64,000 bases of DNA from Eledone cirrhosa (GCA_964016885.1 OZ024759.1:7440001-7504000), one strand, 5' to 3'; shown: positions 1 through 13,125, counted from the stretch's first letter. The notes: generated by a model from the letters alone, not told the origin. Numbers and translations: made by a program.

Positions 1-4
1 TATG

Positions 5-37
<33 letters not shown>

Positions 38-51
38 AAGAAAGGTGTATG

Positions 52-84
<33 letters not shown>

Positions 85-135
85 AAGAAAGGTGCATATA
101 TATATATATATATGTGTGTGTAAGAAAGGTGTATG

Positions 136-168
<33 letters not shown>

Positions 169-182
169 AAGAAAGGTGTATG

Positions 183-215
<33 letters not shown>

Positions 216-390
216 AAGAAAGGTGCATATATATATATATATATGTGTGTGTAAGAAAGGTGTATGTATATATATATATGTATATATATATATATGTATG
301 TATGTGTGTGTAAGAAAGGTGTATATATATATGTGTGTGTAAGAAAGGTGTGTATATATATATATATATGTGTGTGTGTAAGAAAGGTGC

Positions 391-423
<33 letters not shown>

Positions 424-530
424 TGTGTGTGTGTAAGAAAGGTGTATATATATATGTGTGTGTAAGAAAGGTGTGTATATATATATATATATGTATGTAT
501 GTGTGTGTGTAAGAAAGGTGTATATATGTA
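1..530. repeat. Compound minisatellite: (TA)n(TG)n + TAAGAAAGGTG, about 12 units
   Basis: Recurring gtaagaaaggtg core separated by variable TA/TG runs. Confidence 0.9.
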
Positions 531-863
531 TGACAGGTGACAGGTGTATATATATATGTATATATCGCTGTTAATATAATGTGTCAGCTCTGCCTGGATT
601 GGTGTAGTGTGGGGAACAGTTGTTGATGTCTAATTAAGAGAACATCGTTAAGGTTTAATTAAGTAATGAACTGTTGAGATGTTTTAATTAAATAATAAAT
701 GAGCCACTGGGATATTAATATAAATGATATGGCGGTCAAGATTCTATTATTAATTTTGTCTGGGTGTGCCTTTCGTACATTAAGACATACCAGTAATATC
801 TTTGATAAATTGTGGCTAGCAGGTAAAAGATGTACTTAATTGTTTTGGCCAGAATCATTAGAG

Positions 864-1324
864 CAGTGTTTCCCAAACTTCTTTTCTCTGGGTCGCATTT
901 TTGGAATGAAAATTTGTTCGCGCCTCACCAAATTTTATGTGATAAAAAGTACATTTAAAAATAAATAAAAAACTCCACTAATAATGCGTTAAATATATTA
1001 TATAACATAAATAACTTATAATGATTAAAGTACACAAATTGATGAAAGGTACAAGCTTGTTTTTGACAAGTAATCTCCTTTATATAAGGCCTAATTTGAG
1101 ATAAACTCTCATCTCCTCCTTAACACAAAGAAGCCTTTCCCTTTTTTGGTTTTAAATCCTTGTTGACAGCAACATGTCGAGGAGAACTGTAGGAGAGACA
1201 TATGGATATTGTTTCTGGTTGTATATCCATGCATTTTTTGAAACTGTTTCTAAATCTTTGATTGTCTTTCAATCATTCTGCCTCACCTGCTATCCTCTTC
1301 CGCTGCACCATTTGGGAACCACTG
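864..1324. mobile_element. Non-autonomous hAT DNA transposon (MITE)
   Basis: TIRs CAGTGTTTCCCAAA / TTTGGGAACCACTG. Perfect 8-bp TSD CATTAGAG at 856-863 and 1325-1332. Confidence 0.88.
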
Positions 1325-1960
1325 CATTAGAGCATCAGATATTTGTTTTGACAGTCTGTGTTCTGAGTTCAAATCCCACGAAGGTCCACTTTGTCATTCA
1401 GCCCTTCAGGGTCAATAAAGAGAGTACAAGCCCAGTACTGGTTGCAGTCCTTTCTGTCTTTCCGGCTGTCACAACCTTGATAGTCTGCTGAATCTAAGGA
1501 GAAATGGTCAAGAGGGTGTCTGTGTTTGTTGAGGTCAATTTTGCCTTTCATCCATTCGGGCTCAATAAAGTAAGTACCAGACCAGTGCTGGTGCAGCCCT
1601 CCTTCTCCCTCTCTTACATCCGGCATGTTCTGTTGGATCAAAGGATGGAGGTTTTCAGAGGGGTGTATCTGTATCTGCTTGCGACTGCACGAACACTTAA
1701 AACCCTTAACAGAAGCCTATTAAATACTATCATGTCATACTTGATTGCATGTGACAGCTTTGTAGGGTATCTGGCTACAAAACATTGCTTTAAAAAGGTC
1801 TCCATGATGAGTTTGAAGACTGTTATAGGGCATGCAAGGTTAGCTTCAGCTTTAGCAAGGAGGATTGCCTTAAAAAACTGGATAATGATGATGAAGATGT
1901 TCTTGTAAAGTCTGTGGCAATTTTGAGTATTGGCCATTTTGTGTTTTGTTTCATTGGCAG

Positions 1961-2032
1961 AATCCGAAAAGACTCGAAGTTCAAGCTAGCCTCAATTTGT
2001 TCCTGGAAACAGCAAGTGGGTTCTACCTTCAG
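1961..2032 (+). CDS. SMG7: SMG7 coding exon (NPKRLEVQASLNLFLETASGFYLQ)
   Basis: ggcag|AAT...CAG|gttagt, phase 0-0. The translation closely matches the vertebrate SMG7 segment I recall (NPNRSEVQANLSLFLEAASGFYTQ). Confidence 0.93.
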
Positions 2033-2160
2033 GTTAGTAATCAAATTTATGTATTTATTAGTAGTTAACCTAACACAGTGTGATTCAAAATAGAAGTGTG
2101 TATATGTATACACACACATATATATATACACCACACACACATATATGTATATATATATAT

Positions 2161-5145
2161 CATCATCATCATCATTTTACGTCCACTTTTCCCTGCTTGC
2201 AAGGGTTGGACGGGTCCTATTCAGCACAGCATCTCTCCACTTGTCACGGTCCTTCGTCATCTCCTCGGTGAGTTTCAGCGATCTGAGGTCTGCTCTCACC
2301 ACCTCCGCCCATGTTTTTCCTGGTCTTCCTCTACTGCATCTTCCTTCTACTGGGATTTCTTGGCACTTGTTTACCCAGTGGTCATCCTCCATGCACATCA
2401 CATGTCCATACTATCTCAGTCTTCTCTCCTGCACACCTCTCAACTTATCCCTCTTATACTCAGTTTCTTTCTCAACTCGTCTATGCTTGGTTGTTCACGC
2501 ACATTGACATTGCACATCCAACGGAGCATACTTGCTTCATTTCTCTCCAGCCATCGCATATCCTCTGCAGTTGCTCTATGTCTCACTACCATGCAGCATC
2601 GCGCATCTCTCACAGGCATCATATAACCAGCCTTTCGTACGCAGGGAGAAACCTAAAATTCTTCCAACCCGTCCTTATTCTAGATACTATGGCCTCGGAA
2701 CACCCCCGCCAATGCTAATCTAATCACCTAGGTACTGGAAGCTATCAGCCACTTCTATAGAACCCACCTGCATTGCAAAAATGTGTCTATCACTACGATT
2801 ACTACTGCCATCTTTCCCTGTACATCTACTGCATACATAGTTTTCCCTACCTGTTAGTTTGCCTGCTATCCCACTACATCTCTTGTGTACCCAGGATCTG
2901 TATTGCGTACATTTTATGGAATTTATGCCAGTTCCTTTCCTACATATCGATGGAATCAGAGTTTTGAGCTCTTTTCTACTCATCAACACTTTAGTCTTAG
3001 CTAGGTTCACTCTCAGTCCTCTTGATTCTAGAATTTATTCTCTAGCTCCTCTACTGATTCTGCTATAAGAACCAGATCGTCAGCATAGAGAAGTTCCCAT
3101 GGACATCCAGTCTTAAACTCTTCTGTTGTGGCTTGGAGGACAATAATGATCAAGAGTGGGTTGAGGACCGAACCCTGATGTACACCTACTTGTAACTAGA
3201 ATTCCTCACTAATCTCCATTCCTACTCTCACTTTACTGACGGCACCCCTGTACATAGCTTTGTAGGTGTCTTACCAAGAAGAGGGCATCTGTTGTACTTT
3301 TCCAAGGCACAAAACTGCATCTCATCTAATTTGACCCTTTCACTAATCAGTTGCGCTAATATTCTCTCTGCCACTTTCATAAATTGATCCATCAGCTTTA
3401 TGCCCCTATAATTGCTCCTCTCCAAAGCATCCCCTTTGACCTTTGTAGCAATTTATGAGAATACTGCTGCACCAGTCTTTGGGTATGACATCACCATATA
3501 TAGCTTGATTGATGATGCGTGCAACCAGTTTAGTGCCTACGTCCCCTGATGCCTTCAGCATCTCAGCAACTCCCTGACAGTCCAGCAGCCTTACCATTCT
3601 TCATTTCCTTAATTGCCTCTTGTACCATATATTCGTCAATCTCAATAGCTGGTCCCTCTGTTGGATCTACTGGGGGTAATTTCTCTCTCTCCCATTCTCC
3701 ACATTCATTAGTCTCTCATAATGACATTTCCAGGCCTCCTTTTTCTGATCATTCATGACACTAAGTACACCGGCATCATTCCGGACACATTTATCTCCAA
3801 CAACATCCTGATTTGTACTGACACACTGCCTTCAATGCGGAACACCGCACGCCTCTGATCTTCTCGTCGCAGAACATTGGCAAACCTCCTGCTCTCAGCC
3901 TCCCTGCGCGCTAAGTACACCTGACGTCTAGTTTCTTTCTTAGTGGCTTCTCTACTCCCACCCTTTTTCCAAGCCTTCCATGCCAGTCTTTTGTCTCTAA
4001 TGGCCCTATCTACTGTGCTGTTCCACCACCAGGTCACTCTCCGTCTGGTTGAAGCTCTGCCCCAGCCACAAGTTTCTTCAATAGCCTGCACTAAGTTGTC
4101 ACGCAAGAAATTCCAGTTATCATCTATGTCATACAACTCTAAATCGTCTTCTTTTTCGTCATATACATCTTGAAGGGCTTTGCTAAATTTATATTTTAGT
4201 GAAAGGTCTTTTAGCTTCCAGACCTTTCTTCTCCACACCTTCCTGTATGTCTCATTCTTTCGCTTGCTTACTGAGATGTCACTAACGACTACCCTATGCT
4301 TGGGGGTACATTCTTCTCCCGGGGTAGCCTTAATATTTGACACCATCTGTCTGTCTCGCTGTCTAACTAGCAGGAAGTCAATCTGGTTTATGTGCTCGCC
4401 TGATTTGTAGGTTATTAGGTGGTTGGTAGGTTTCTTGAAGTTAGTGTTGCAAATGGTTAGAGCACTTGCATCATAAAACTCAAAAAGCCTCACTCATTCG
4501 TTTCTTGAGCCACAACCGTGCCCACCATGTACCCCAGTGTATCCATCCTGGAGCTGTCCAACATGACCATTGAAGTTCCCTGCTAGCATAACGATGTCTC
4601 CGTCCTCTGTCATTGAGGCTGTTTGTAAAAGTTGCTCGTAAAAGCAGTCTTTCTCTTCTTTACCTAGGCCTGCTTGGGGAACATAGGCAGAGATGATTGT
4701 CAGTAGTCCCCTGCCTACAACTAATCTAAGCTTAATAATTCTATTACTAACTCTAACTACCTCTATTGTCTTATTGATCCATCTATCAGCCAGGAAAATG
4801 CCTACCCCACCTAACCTATCATCATTACCCACCCAGAAAAGCTTATAACTAAGATGGTTGCCTGTGATTAGTCTCGCAGAGGCATCTCTCCATCTCACCT
4901 CTTGCACGCAGCACACATCCACATGCCTTCTCTCCAGCATCTCTGCTATCTCACCAGATCCTCCTGTGAGCGTGCCAACATTAAGTGTGGCAACTCTGAG
5001 ATGCGACGTCTTGTTCTTTTTCCTGTTGTGTGATTGCTTGATGACGGTCGTGGGGTTCTCACACATGGCCACACCAGCCACCGTGCTCAGCTCTGACATG
5101 TTTAGTGTTATTGCTGTTTGCGTAGTTGTTGCAATACTTATTTGT
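2161..5145 (-). mobile_element. Decayed RTE-clade LINE (family 1), near full length
   Basis: APE endonuclease (TLNVGTL, CVQEVRW, GNFNGH, QIDF) at 3753-5099. RT fragments (NYRGIKL, LYADD near 3080, FQYLG, RGRPGKTW). (GAT)n tail at 2161. Stops, frameshifts and an internal deletion near 3260. Confidence 0.92.
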
Positions 5146-5391
5146 TGTGCTCATAATTTTTGGCATTAAGCAGGGAAAAAGCGGACGTAAAATGAAATTA
5201 TGATGATGATGGTTGGATGTTCTTCCTAACACCAGCACCACTTTACAGACTGGACTGGGTGCTTTTATTCGTGCCTCCAGCACTAATAAAACACATATGT
5301 ACAATGTACACATGTACAAAACACACATATATAAATACAAAACACAGTTATATAAATACAAACAAACATTAGTACATATATTTATATATAT

Positions 5392-5735
5392 AGGAGGCAC
5401 ATGGCTTAGTGGTTAGAGCATTGGCCTTGCAATCTAAAGGTTGTGAGTTCAATTCTCAGACCGGGTGATGTGTTGTTTCCTTGAGCAAGACACTTTATTT
5501 CACATTGCTCCAGTTTACTCAGCTGTAGAAATGAGATGATAGGGACTGGGGTCCATATCATTCCACTGCAAAGTGGTCGTGCAGGTGCCACGGCAAAAAA
5601 GCACCCAGCACTCACTGTAAATGAGGTTGGTGTTAGGAAGGGCATCCAGCTGTAGAAATCAAGCCAGAATCAGTTTCCGTCCCACCCTTGCAAGCAGGGA
5701 AAAAGCGGACTTAAAATGAAATGATGATGAGGATG
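5392..5735 (+). mobile_element. tRNA-headed CORE-type SINE (SINE-B) with RTE family-1 tail
   Basis: A-box TGGCTTAGTGG, B-box GAGTTCAATTC, CORE-like CCTTGAGCAAGACACTT...CAGCTGTAGAAATG. The 3' end matches the LINE at 2161-2210. (GAT)n tail. Confidence 0.85.
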
Positions 5736-5892
5736 ATATAAACTTAAAGAAGGAAATTGAGAATTTTTTTACTTACGCCATATATATATATATATATACA
5801 TACACATATATATACATACACATATATATATATACACATATAGTGAAAGATTGAAGAGTAACATGGTCGGCTGTACAAAAAGGGTTTTATTT

Positions 5893-6008
5893 CAGGTATT
5901 AACAATTGTTTCATTGATCAGGTGAGTCTAAAGGCCGTTAATCACTCGAAGTTGCATCACTCGACCTTAAATACAGTGTTTACCTCTGATCAAATCATCG
6001 GAATACTG
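5893..6008 (-). ncRNA. Type I hammerhead ribozyme-like motif in the Penelope terminal repeat
   Basis: Minus strand: cagtatt-CCGAUGA-stem II (ttgatcag/ctgatcaa, long insert)-GAAAC-aatt-GUU-aatac. U4C core variant with a palindromic loop III. Confidence 0.65.
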
Positions 6009-6074
6009 GAGGATGTAACTCAAGGCATTGGTATTTATAGATACATCGGAGACTCAAAACAATAACATAAATAA

Positions 6075-7560
6075 CTGTTTCTACTTTAGGCACAAGGCCA
6101 GCAATTACCCAGTACATTACTGGTACTTTATTTTATCGACCCCGTAAGGATGAAAGGCAAAGTCAACCTCGGCGGGATTTGAACTCAGATCGTAAAGGGA
6201 CGTAACTATGCTGGAAAGCATGGCGTCCGACCCTCTACCTATACTGCCAATCCACCACCCTAACATGGCGTCCGACCCTCTACCGATACTGCCAATCCAC
6301 CACCCTAACATGGCGTCCGACCCTCTACCGATACTGCCAATCCACCGCCCTAACATGGCGTCTGACCCTCTACCGATACTGCCAATCCACCACCCTAACA
6401 TGGCGTCCGACCCTCTACCGATACTGCCAATCCACCGCCCTAACATGGCGTCTGACCCTCTACCGATACTGCCAATCCACCGCCCTAACATGGCGTCCGA
6501 CCCTCTACCGATACTGCCAATCCACCACCCTAACATGGCGTCCGACCCTCTACCGATACTGCCAATCCACCGCCCTACCATGGCGTCCGACCCTCTACCG
6601 ATACTGCCAATCCACCGCCCTAACATGGCGTCCGACCCTCTACCGATACTGCCAATCCACCACCCTAACATGGCGTCCGACCCTCTACCGATACTGCCAA
6701 TCCACCGCCCTACCATGGCGTCCGACCCTCTACCGATACTGCCAATCCACCGCCCTACCATGGCGTCCGACCCTCTACCGATACTGCCAATCCACCGCCC
6801 TACCATGGCGTCCGACCCTCTACCGATACTGCCAATCCACCGCCCTACCATGGCGTCCGACCCTCTACCGATACTGCCAATCCACCGCCCTACCATGGCG
6901 TCCGACCCTCTACCGATACTGCCAATCCACCGCCCTACCATGGCGTCCGACCCTCTACCGATACTGCCAATCCACCGCCCTACCATGGCGTCCGACCCTC
7001 TACCAATACTGCCAATCCACCGCCCTACCATGGCGTCCGACCCTCTACCAATACTGCCAATCCACCGCCCTACCATGGCGTCCGACCCTCTACCGATACT
7101 GCCAATCCACCGCCCTACCATGGCGTCCGACCCTCTACCAATACTGCCAATCCACCGCCCTAACATGGCGTCCGACCCTCTACCGATACTGCCAATCCAC
7201 CGCCCTACCATGGCGTCCGACCCTCTACCAATACTGCCAATCCACCGCCCTAACATGGCGTCCGACCCTCTACCGATACTGCCAATCCACCACCCTAACA
7301 TGGCGTCCGACCCTCTACTGATACTGCCAATCCACCACCCTAACATGGCGTCCGACCCTCTACCGATACTGCCAATCCACCACCCTAACATGGCGTCCGA
7401 CCCTCTACCGATACTGCCAATCCACCACCCTAACATGGCGTCCGACCCTCTACCGATACTGCCAATCCACCACCCTAACATGGCGTCCAACCCTCTACCG
7501 ATACTGCCAATCCACCGCCCTAACATGGTGTCCGACCCTCTACCGATACTGCCAATCCAC
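6075..7560 (-). mobile_element. SINE-A inserted in the Penelope 3' region, with its 45-bp head amplified about 30 times
   Basis: SINE body at 6075-6260 (B-box GAGTTCAAATCC, GCCTTTCATCCTTACGGGGTCGATAAAAT domain). 11-bp TSD AACATAAATAA at 6064-6074 and 7561-7571. Confidence 0.88.
6220..7560. repeat. 45-bp minisatellite (about 30 copies)
   Basis: Unit ATGGCGTCCGACCCTCTACCGATACTGCCAATCCACCGCCCTAAC. Confidence 0.97.
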
Positions 7561-7654
7561 AACATAAATAATAGAAGATAATGATAAAGAGGTAAAGAAG
7601 ATAGAGTGAAGATGATAAAGATGTGAAAAATAAGTAAAAAATACAGAATGTGAT

Positions 7655-9872
7655 TGCTGATAATAGTGGTGGTGGTGAGTAGCTGATAATAGTGGTGGTG
7701 GTGGTGAGTAGCTGATAATAGTGGTGGTGGTGAGTAGCTGATAATAGTGGTGGTGGTGAGTAGCTGATAATAGTGGTGGTGGTGAGTAGCTGATAATAGT
7801 GGTGGTGGTGAGTAGCTGATAATAGTGGTGGTGGTGGTGAGTAGCTGATAATAGTGGTGGTGGTGAGTAGCTGATAATAGTGGTGGTGGTGAGTAGCTGA
7901 TAATAGTGGTGGTGGTGAGTAGCTGATAATAGTGGTGGTGGTGGTGAGTAGCTGATAATAGTGGTGGTGGTGGTGAGTAGCTGATAATAGTGGTGGTGGT
8001 GAGTAGCTGATAATAGTGGTGGTGGTGGTGAGTAGCTGATAATAGTGGTGGTGGTGGTGAGTAGCTGATAATAGTGGTGGTGGTGAGTAGCTGATAATAG
8101 TGGTGGTGGTGAGTAGCTGATAATAGTGGTGGTGGTGAGTAGCTGATAATAGTGGTGGTGGTGAGTAGCTGATAATAGTGGTGGTGGTGAGTAGCTGATA
8201 ATAGTGGTGGTGGTGAGTAGCTGATAATAGTGGTGGTGGTGGTGAGTAGCTGATAATAGTGGTGGTGGTGGTGAGTAGCTGATAATAGTGGTGGTGGTGA
8301 GTAGCTGATAATAGTGGTGGTGGTGAGTAGCTGATAATAGTGGTGGTGGTGAGTAGCTGATAATAGTGGTGGTGGTGAGTAGCTGATAATAGTGGTGGTG
8401 GTGGTGAGTAGCTGATAATAGTGGTGGTGGTGAGTAGCTGATAATAGTGGTGGTGGTGAGTAGCTGATAATAGTGGTGGTGGTGAGTAGCTGATAATAGT
8501 GGTGGTGGTGGTGAGTAGCTGATAATAGTGGTGGTGGTGAGTAGCTGATAATAGTGGTGGTGGTGAGTAGCTGATAATAGTGGTGGTGGTGGTGAGTAGC
8601 TGATAATAGTGGTGGTGGTGGTGAGTAGCTGATAATAGTGGTGGTGGTGAGTAGCTGATAATAGTGGTGGTGGTGAGTAGCTGATAATAGTGGTGGTGGT
8701 GGTGAGTCGCTGATAATAGTGGTGGTGGTGAGTAGCTGATAATAGTGGTGGTGGTGAGTAGCTGATAATAGTGGTGGTGGTGGTGAGTAGCTGATAATAG
8801 TGGTGGTGGTGAGTAGCTGATAATAGTGGTTGTGGTGAGTAGCTGATAATAGTGGTGGTGGTGGTGAGTAGCTGATAATAGTGGTGGTGGTGAGTAGCTG
8901 ATAATAGTGGTGGTGGTGAGTAGCTGATAATAGTGGTGGTGGTGAGTAGCTGATAATAGTGGTGGTGGTGGTGAGTAGCTGATAATAGTGGTGGTGGTGA
9001 GTAGCTGATAATAGTGGTGGTGGTGAGTAGCTGATAATAGTGGTGGTGGTGGTGAGTAGCTGATAATAGTGGTGGTGGTGAGTAGCTGATAATAGTGGTG
9101 GTGGTGGTGAGTAGCTGATAATAGTGGTGGTGGTGAGTAGCTGATAATAGTGGTGGTGGTGAGTAGCTGATAATAGTGGTGGTGGTGAGTAGCTGATAAT
9201 AGTGGTGGTGGTGGTGAGTAGCTGATAATAGTGGTGGTGGTGAGTAGCTGATAATAGTGGTGGTGGTGAGTAGCTGATAATAGTGGTGGTGGTGGTGAGT
9301 AGCTGATAATAGTGGTGGTGGTGAGTAGCTGATAATAGTGGTGGTGGTGAGTAGCTGATAATAGTGGTGGTGGTGAGTAGCTGATAATAGTGGTGGCGGT
9401 GAGTAGCTGATAATAGTGGTGGTGGTGAGTAGCTGATAATAGTGGTGGTGGTGAGTAGCTGATAATAGTGGTGGTGGTGAGTAGCTGATAATAGTGGTGG
9501 TGGTGAGTAGCTGATAATAGTGGTGGTGGTGAGTAGCTGATAATAGTGGTGGTGGTGAGTAGCTGATAATAGTGGTGGTGGTGAGTAGCTGATAATAGTG
9601 GTGGTGGTGAGTAGCTGATAGTGGTGGTGGTGGTGAGTAGCTGATAATAGTGGTGGTGGTGAGTAGCTGATAATAGTGGTGGTGGTGAGTAGCTGATAAT
9701 AGTGGTGGTGGTGAGTAGCTGATAATAGTGGTGGTGGTGAGTAGCTGATAATAGTGGTGGTGGTGAGTAGCTGATAATAGTGGTGGTGGTGAGTAGCTGA
9801 TAATAGTGGTGGTGGTGAGTAGCTGATAATAGTGGTGGTGGTGAGTAGCTGATAATAGTGGTGGTGGTGAGT
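7655..9872. repeat. 24/27-bp minisatellite (about 90 copies)
   Basis: Unit GCTGATAATA(GTG)4-5AGTA-type with a variable GTG count. Confidence 0.97.
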
Positions 9873-12759
9873 AAGTGTATGTGTAAAGATACTAACATGA
9901 AGAGCAACATCAGATATATATATATATATATGTGGTGGTCAAATCTGAGAGGGTTAGAGTAGAAAATAAAATGTAGTAACAAATGTCAGATAAAAAATAA
10001 TAAATTAAAAATTGAGAGGGGAAGAGATACGAGGATGAGACATAAGGGGTAAGGCTAAGGATGGGGAAGGAGGATTTGTATGTGTGTGAGGTAAATGTCT
10101 GGCGTGCTGATTGTCTTATCTTAATGGGGGTGATGTGGCTTTAGGAAGAGAGAGTGAAAGAAAGGTTAGGAGATTTATGATCTAGTGACCAGTTGGTCAG
10201 TTGACAGCTAATAACAGTGGGGTGGTATGTAGTCAGTACATTGAAATCCGGGTGGTTTAGTTCGAATTTTGGGATTGCTGGATCGAATCATGTTGGTTTG
10301 AAGTTAGAGAACTTGGTTGATGTTTTGTGCCTACAGAACATTGATCTTTCTATTTTGCTGTTAAGCAGCATCTTATACTTTAAAATATGGAACAGCTCCA
10401 TATTGCAAAGTCCGCAGTGGGATATTCCTTTTTTGTAGGCCCTTGCTCCCGATAATTTCGACCAGCTAATTCCATATTCTTGGTTTGTGTTCTTAAGCTG
10501 CCAGATTTTATTGGCCAGCGTTGTTGAATTCTCTAGTCTACGGTTCTTCATAGAATGTCTGGACGTACCATCTTTTTTTAAATTCTCCAGGCGTGGAACC
10601 TATGTAATGCTATGCTAAGTTACCCGAATTTATAGTACACTGGTACACCATACTTGTTTCCAGGCATCTATTTTGTAGTGGGAATTTATCCGGCAGGTGG
10701 CAGTTACAGTTGGAGGCCTTCCTGTGTGCAGGTTCTCCATTGCGGTTTCTTATGTTGTTATGTATGGGCTGAGATTTAGGCTTATTAATGTTTTGTTGTG
10801 ATGCGCCCTGATGTGTGTGTGGTTGTGATGTTGTTATGTGTTTGCGTTTTGTATTTGGTGCTATGGTGTATGTTGGTAGGTTATTTTCCTTAGAGATTCT
10901 TTTATAGTTAATTTTATGTATGTGTGATTCGATGTTACCTGCAGTAGAGTAAGATAGTTTGATAGTTTTTCTGTTAAAGATTCTATGGTATTTGTGTAGT
11001 TTAGGGAAATGTTTGTCTATTAGTTTAAAGAATGTAGAAGGTAGTTTGGTTTTTATAGAGGAGTTAAATATTGGATTGAACCATAAGTATTTCCTATCTC
11101 TGGATTTTCTATAGTTCCTAAGGGTCCCTATATTAGTGTTCAGTTTGGTTATTTCTGGTGTTCGTTGTCTATTTCTATGTTTGTTATTTCTATAGGTGTG
11201 GGTAGTGTAGCTGTCGTTAGGTTTGTTGTTGCTGTCTCTATCTGGTATGTATTCGAGCCCCTCTTTATGTCCTGCCTTATGTAAAGCTATGTTATAGTAG
11301 TTTGCGTGTTCGTTAAAAGTCTCTAGGTTAGAAGATAGGCGGGATATTCTGTGGTATATACTATGTGCTATGGAGTTAATTATGGATCGGGGGTGATTTG
11401 AGTTATAACTAATGTAGGCTAGATTTTCGTTATTTTTATGGAAGAGCACTATTAGCCCTGTGTTAAGGTTGAGTGATACATCCAAGAAGTTAGCTTTTTT
11501 AGAGTTGAGTTCGAAAGTGATGCTTACTTAGGCTTAGTTTGTTGAAGAAGACTGATGTTTTTCCGTAATCTTTCCAAGTTTTGATTATTCATGTTTTTAG
11601 CTAAAAGGAGTGTGTCGTCTCTCTAAATTCCTCCCTGGAGGTTATCAAATTCCTTATGTAAGATATGTGCTATATATATTCCAACCATGTCTGTTACTTA
11701 AGCTGAGTCGTTATATCCCATTGTGATATTGAAGCTATTCTGTCTGTTTTTTCTTTCCCAGTAACTATTATCGAACCTAATGATAGTTCTCCAAGCAGTT
11801 AGTAATATTGTAATTTCATCAGAGGATAGGTTTGAGTTTTTCTGTGCAAAGGTTAGTGCCTTATTTAGGGTGACTGGGGAAATGGAGGAGTAGTAGTCAT
11901 TGGTGTCAAACTGTATGAAGTTGGATGTTTCCCTACTGTCTATTTTGCTAAACCAATCTATTGCTTCGTTAGTGTTACCCCATAGCTTAATTACTAGATA
12001 TTTTCAGATTTTTTACTATGTTAAGTCCTTCCTTATTAATATTATTGAGTGTAGACTCGGTAGTTTTCTTGTATTTTTTGTGTAATTCCCGGCGTATAAA
12101 GTTATTGTATGTATTAAGGCTCATGGTGTATATGTTTGATGTTTTGTCCGCTTTTATTATAATACCGTTGGTGTTGTGTAGTTTCTTCAGCAGTGCATTG
12201 ATGTCGCTTTGCAGTTTGTTGTAACCTGTACGTTTTTTGAATTTGGTTCCACTTATCATGTTCAGAGGTCGAGTTCGAAGGCATCAAGCTGGAGGGTTAT
12301 TCGGTGCATTTTTGCAGGATTTTTTCCATAGTTAATTCCTCTGTGTTATTAGCGTGTCCTTGATCGTAATGATAGGCCTTCTACCGGATTCAACGGATGA
12401 AGTCATTAGTACACTGTATCATGCCGAGTATATATTCCTTGTTTGTAGGTATAGGTATGTTTTTTAAGGACATGCCTATGTGGTGTTGTGCCATGTTAGT
12501 GCTGTGCGTTAAGGTTGTTGCTCAACCTAGTGGGAGCTGGGTATATGGGATAACAAGTTATCGTTATAGGTAATCCAGTTAGAGGTTGTGAGTACTCTGT
12601 ATTGTGGATAGTTTTAACGTACGGCTTTGTTTGACTGAACAAGAGGTTTCCTTAGTTAGGTGGAGAGTTTACGAGAATTCCTATGTAGGTCATTCTTGGA
12701 GTAATAATAGTGAAAGATTGAAGAGTAACATGGTCGGCTGTACAAAAAGGGTTTTATTT

Positions 12760-12875
12760 CAGGTATTAATAATTGTTTCATTGATCAGGTGAGTCTAAAG
12801 GCCATTAATCACTCGAAGTTGCGTCACTCGACCTTAAATACAGTGTTTACCTCTGATCAAATCATCGGAATACTG
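12760..12875 (-). ncRNA. Second copy of the Penelope hammerhead-like motif (stem III mutated)
   Basis: Same fold as 5893-6008, but GAAACAATTATT disrupts the C-G pair of stem III. Confidence 0.5.
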
Positions 12876-12948
12876 GAATTTTTACATATGGCATTGGTAT
12901 TTATAGATATACAATGATACAAGATACAATGATAACTTGTTATCCCAT

Positions 12949-12981
<33 letters not shown>

Positions 12982-13125
12982 CACCATATATATATATGGT
13001 GTATATATATATATATTATAATATATATATATATATATAGTAATAATAATAAATTTGAAGACTAAAATCCAAAGAGAGCTCGATAAGGATAAATATATAT
13101 CAAATATATAAGAACCGTAGAGCAA

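Larger units (their letters stand above)
5841..12905 (-). mobile_element. Penelope-like retroelement, decayed, with direct terminal repeats (about 5841-6040 and 12708-12905)
   Basis: Broken ORF of about 12494->10288: SLKNIPIP N-terminus, IKADKT, FIQFD..DYYSSIS, TMG..DSA, G.*RDD RT motifs, Cys linker, then GIY-YIG nuclease (MVYQC..YIGST..FKKR, TLANKIW, CGLC..E, LLN..CRHK). About 200-bp repeats at both ends. Confidence 0.88.

Noticed and set aside
1504-1950. ORFs upstream of the first exon as possible earlier SMG7 exons
   Set aside because: I see no similarity to the expected preceding motif (EQDLWNHAFK...) and no convincing splice pair. The earlier exons are probably upstream of the window.
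6117-9982. Long ORFs of 457-820 aa
   Set aside because: They are translations of 45-bp and 24/27-bp minisatellites lacking stops, and they lie inside an intron and TEs.
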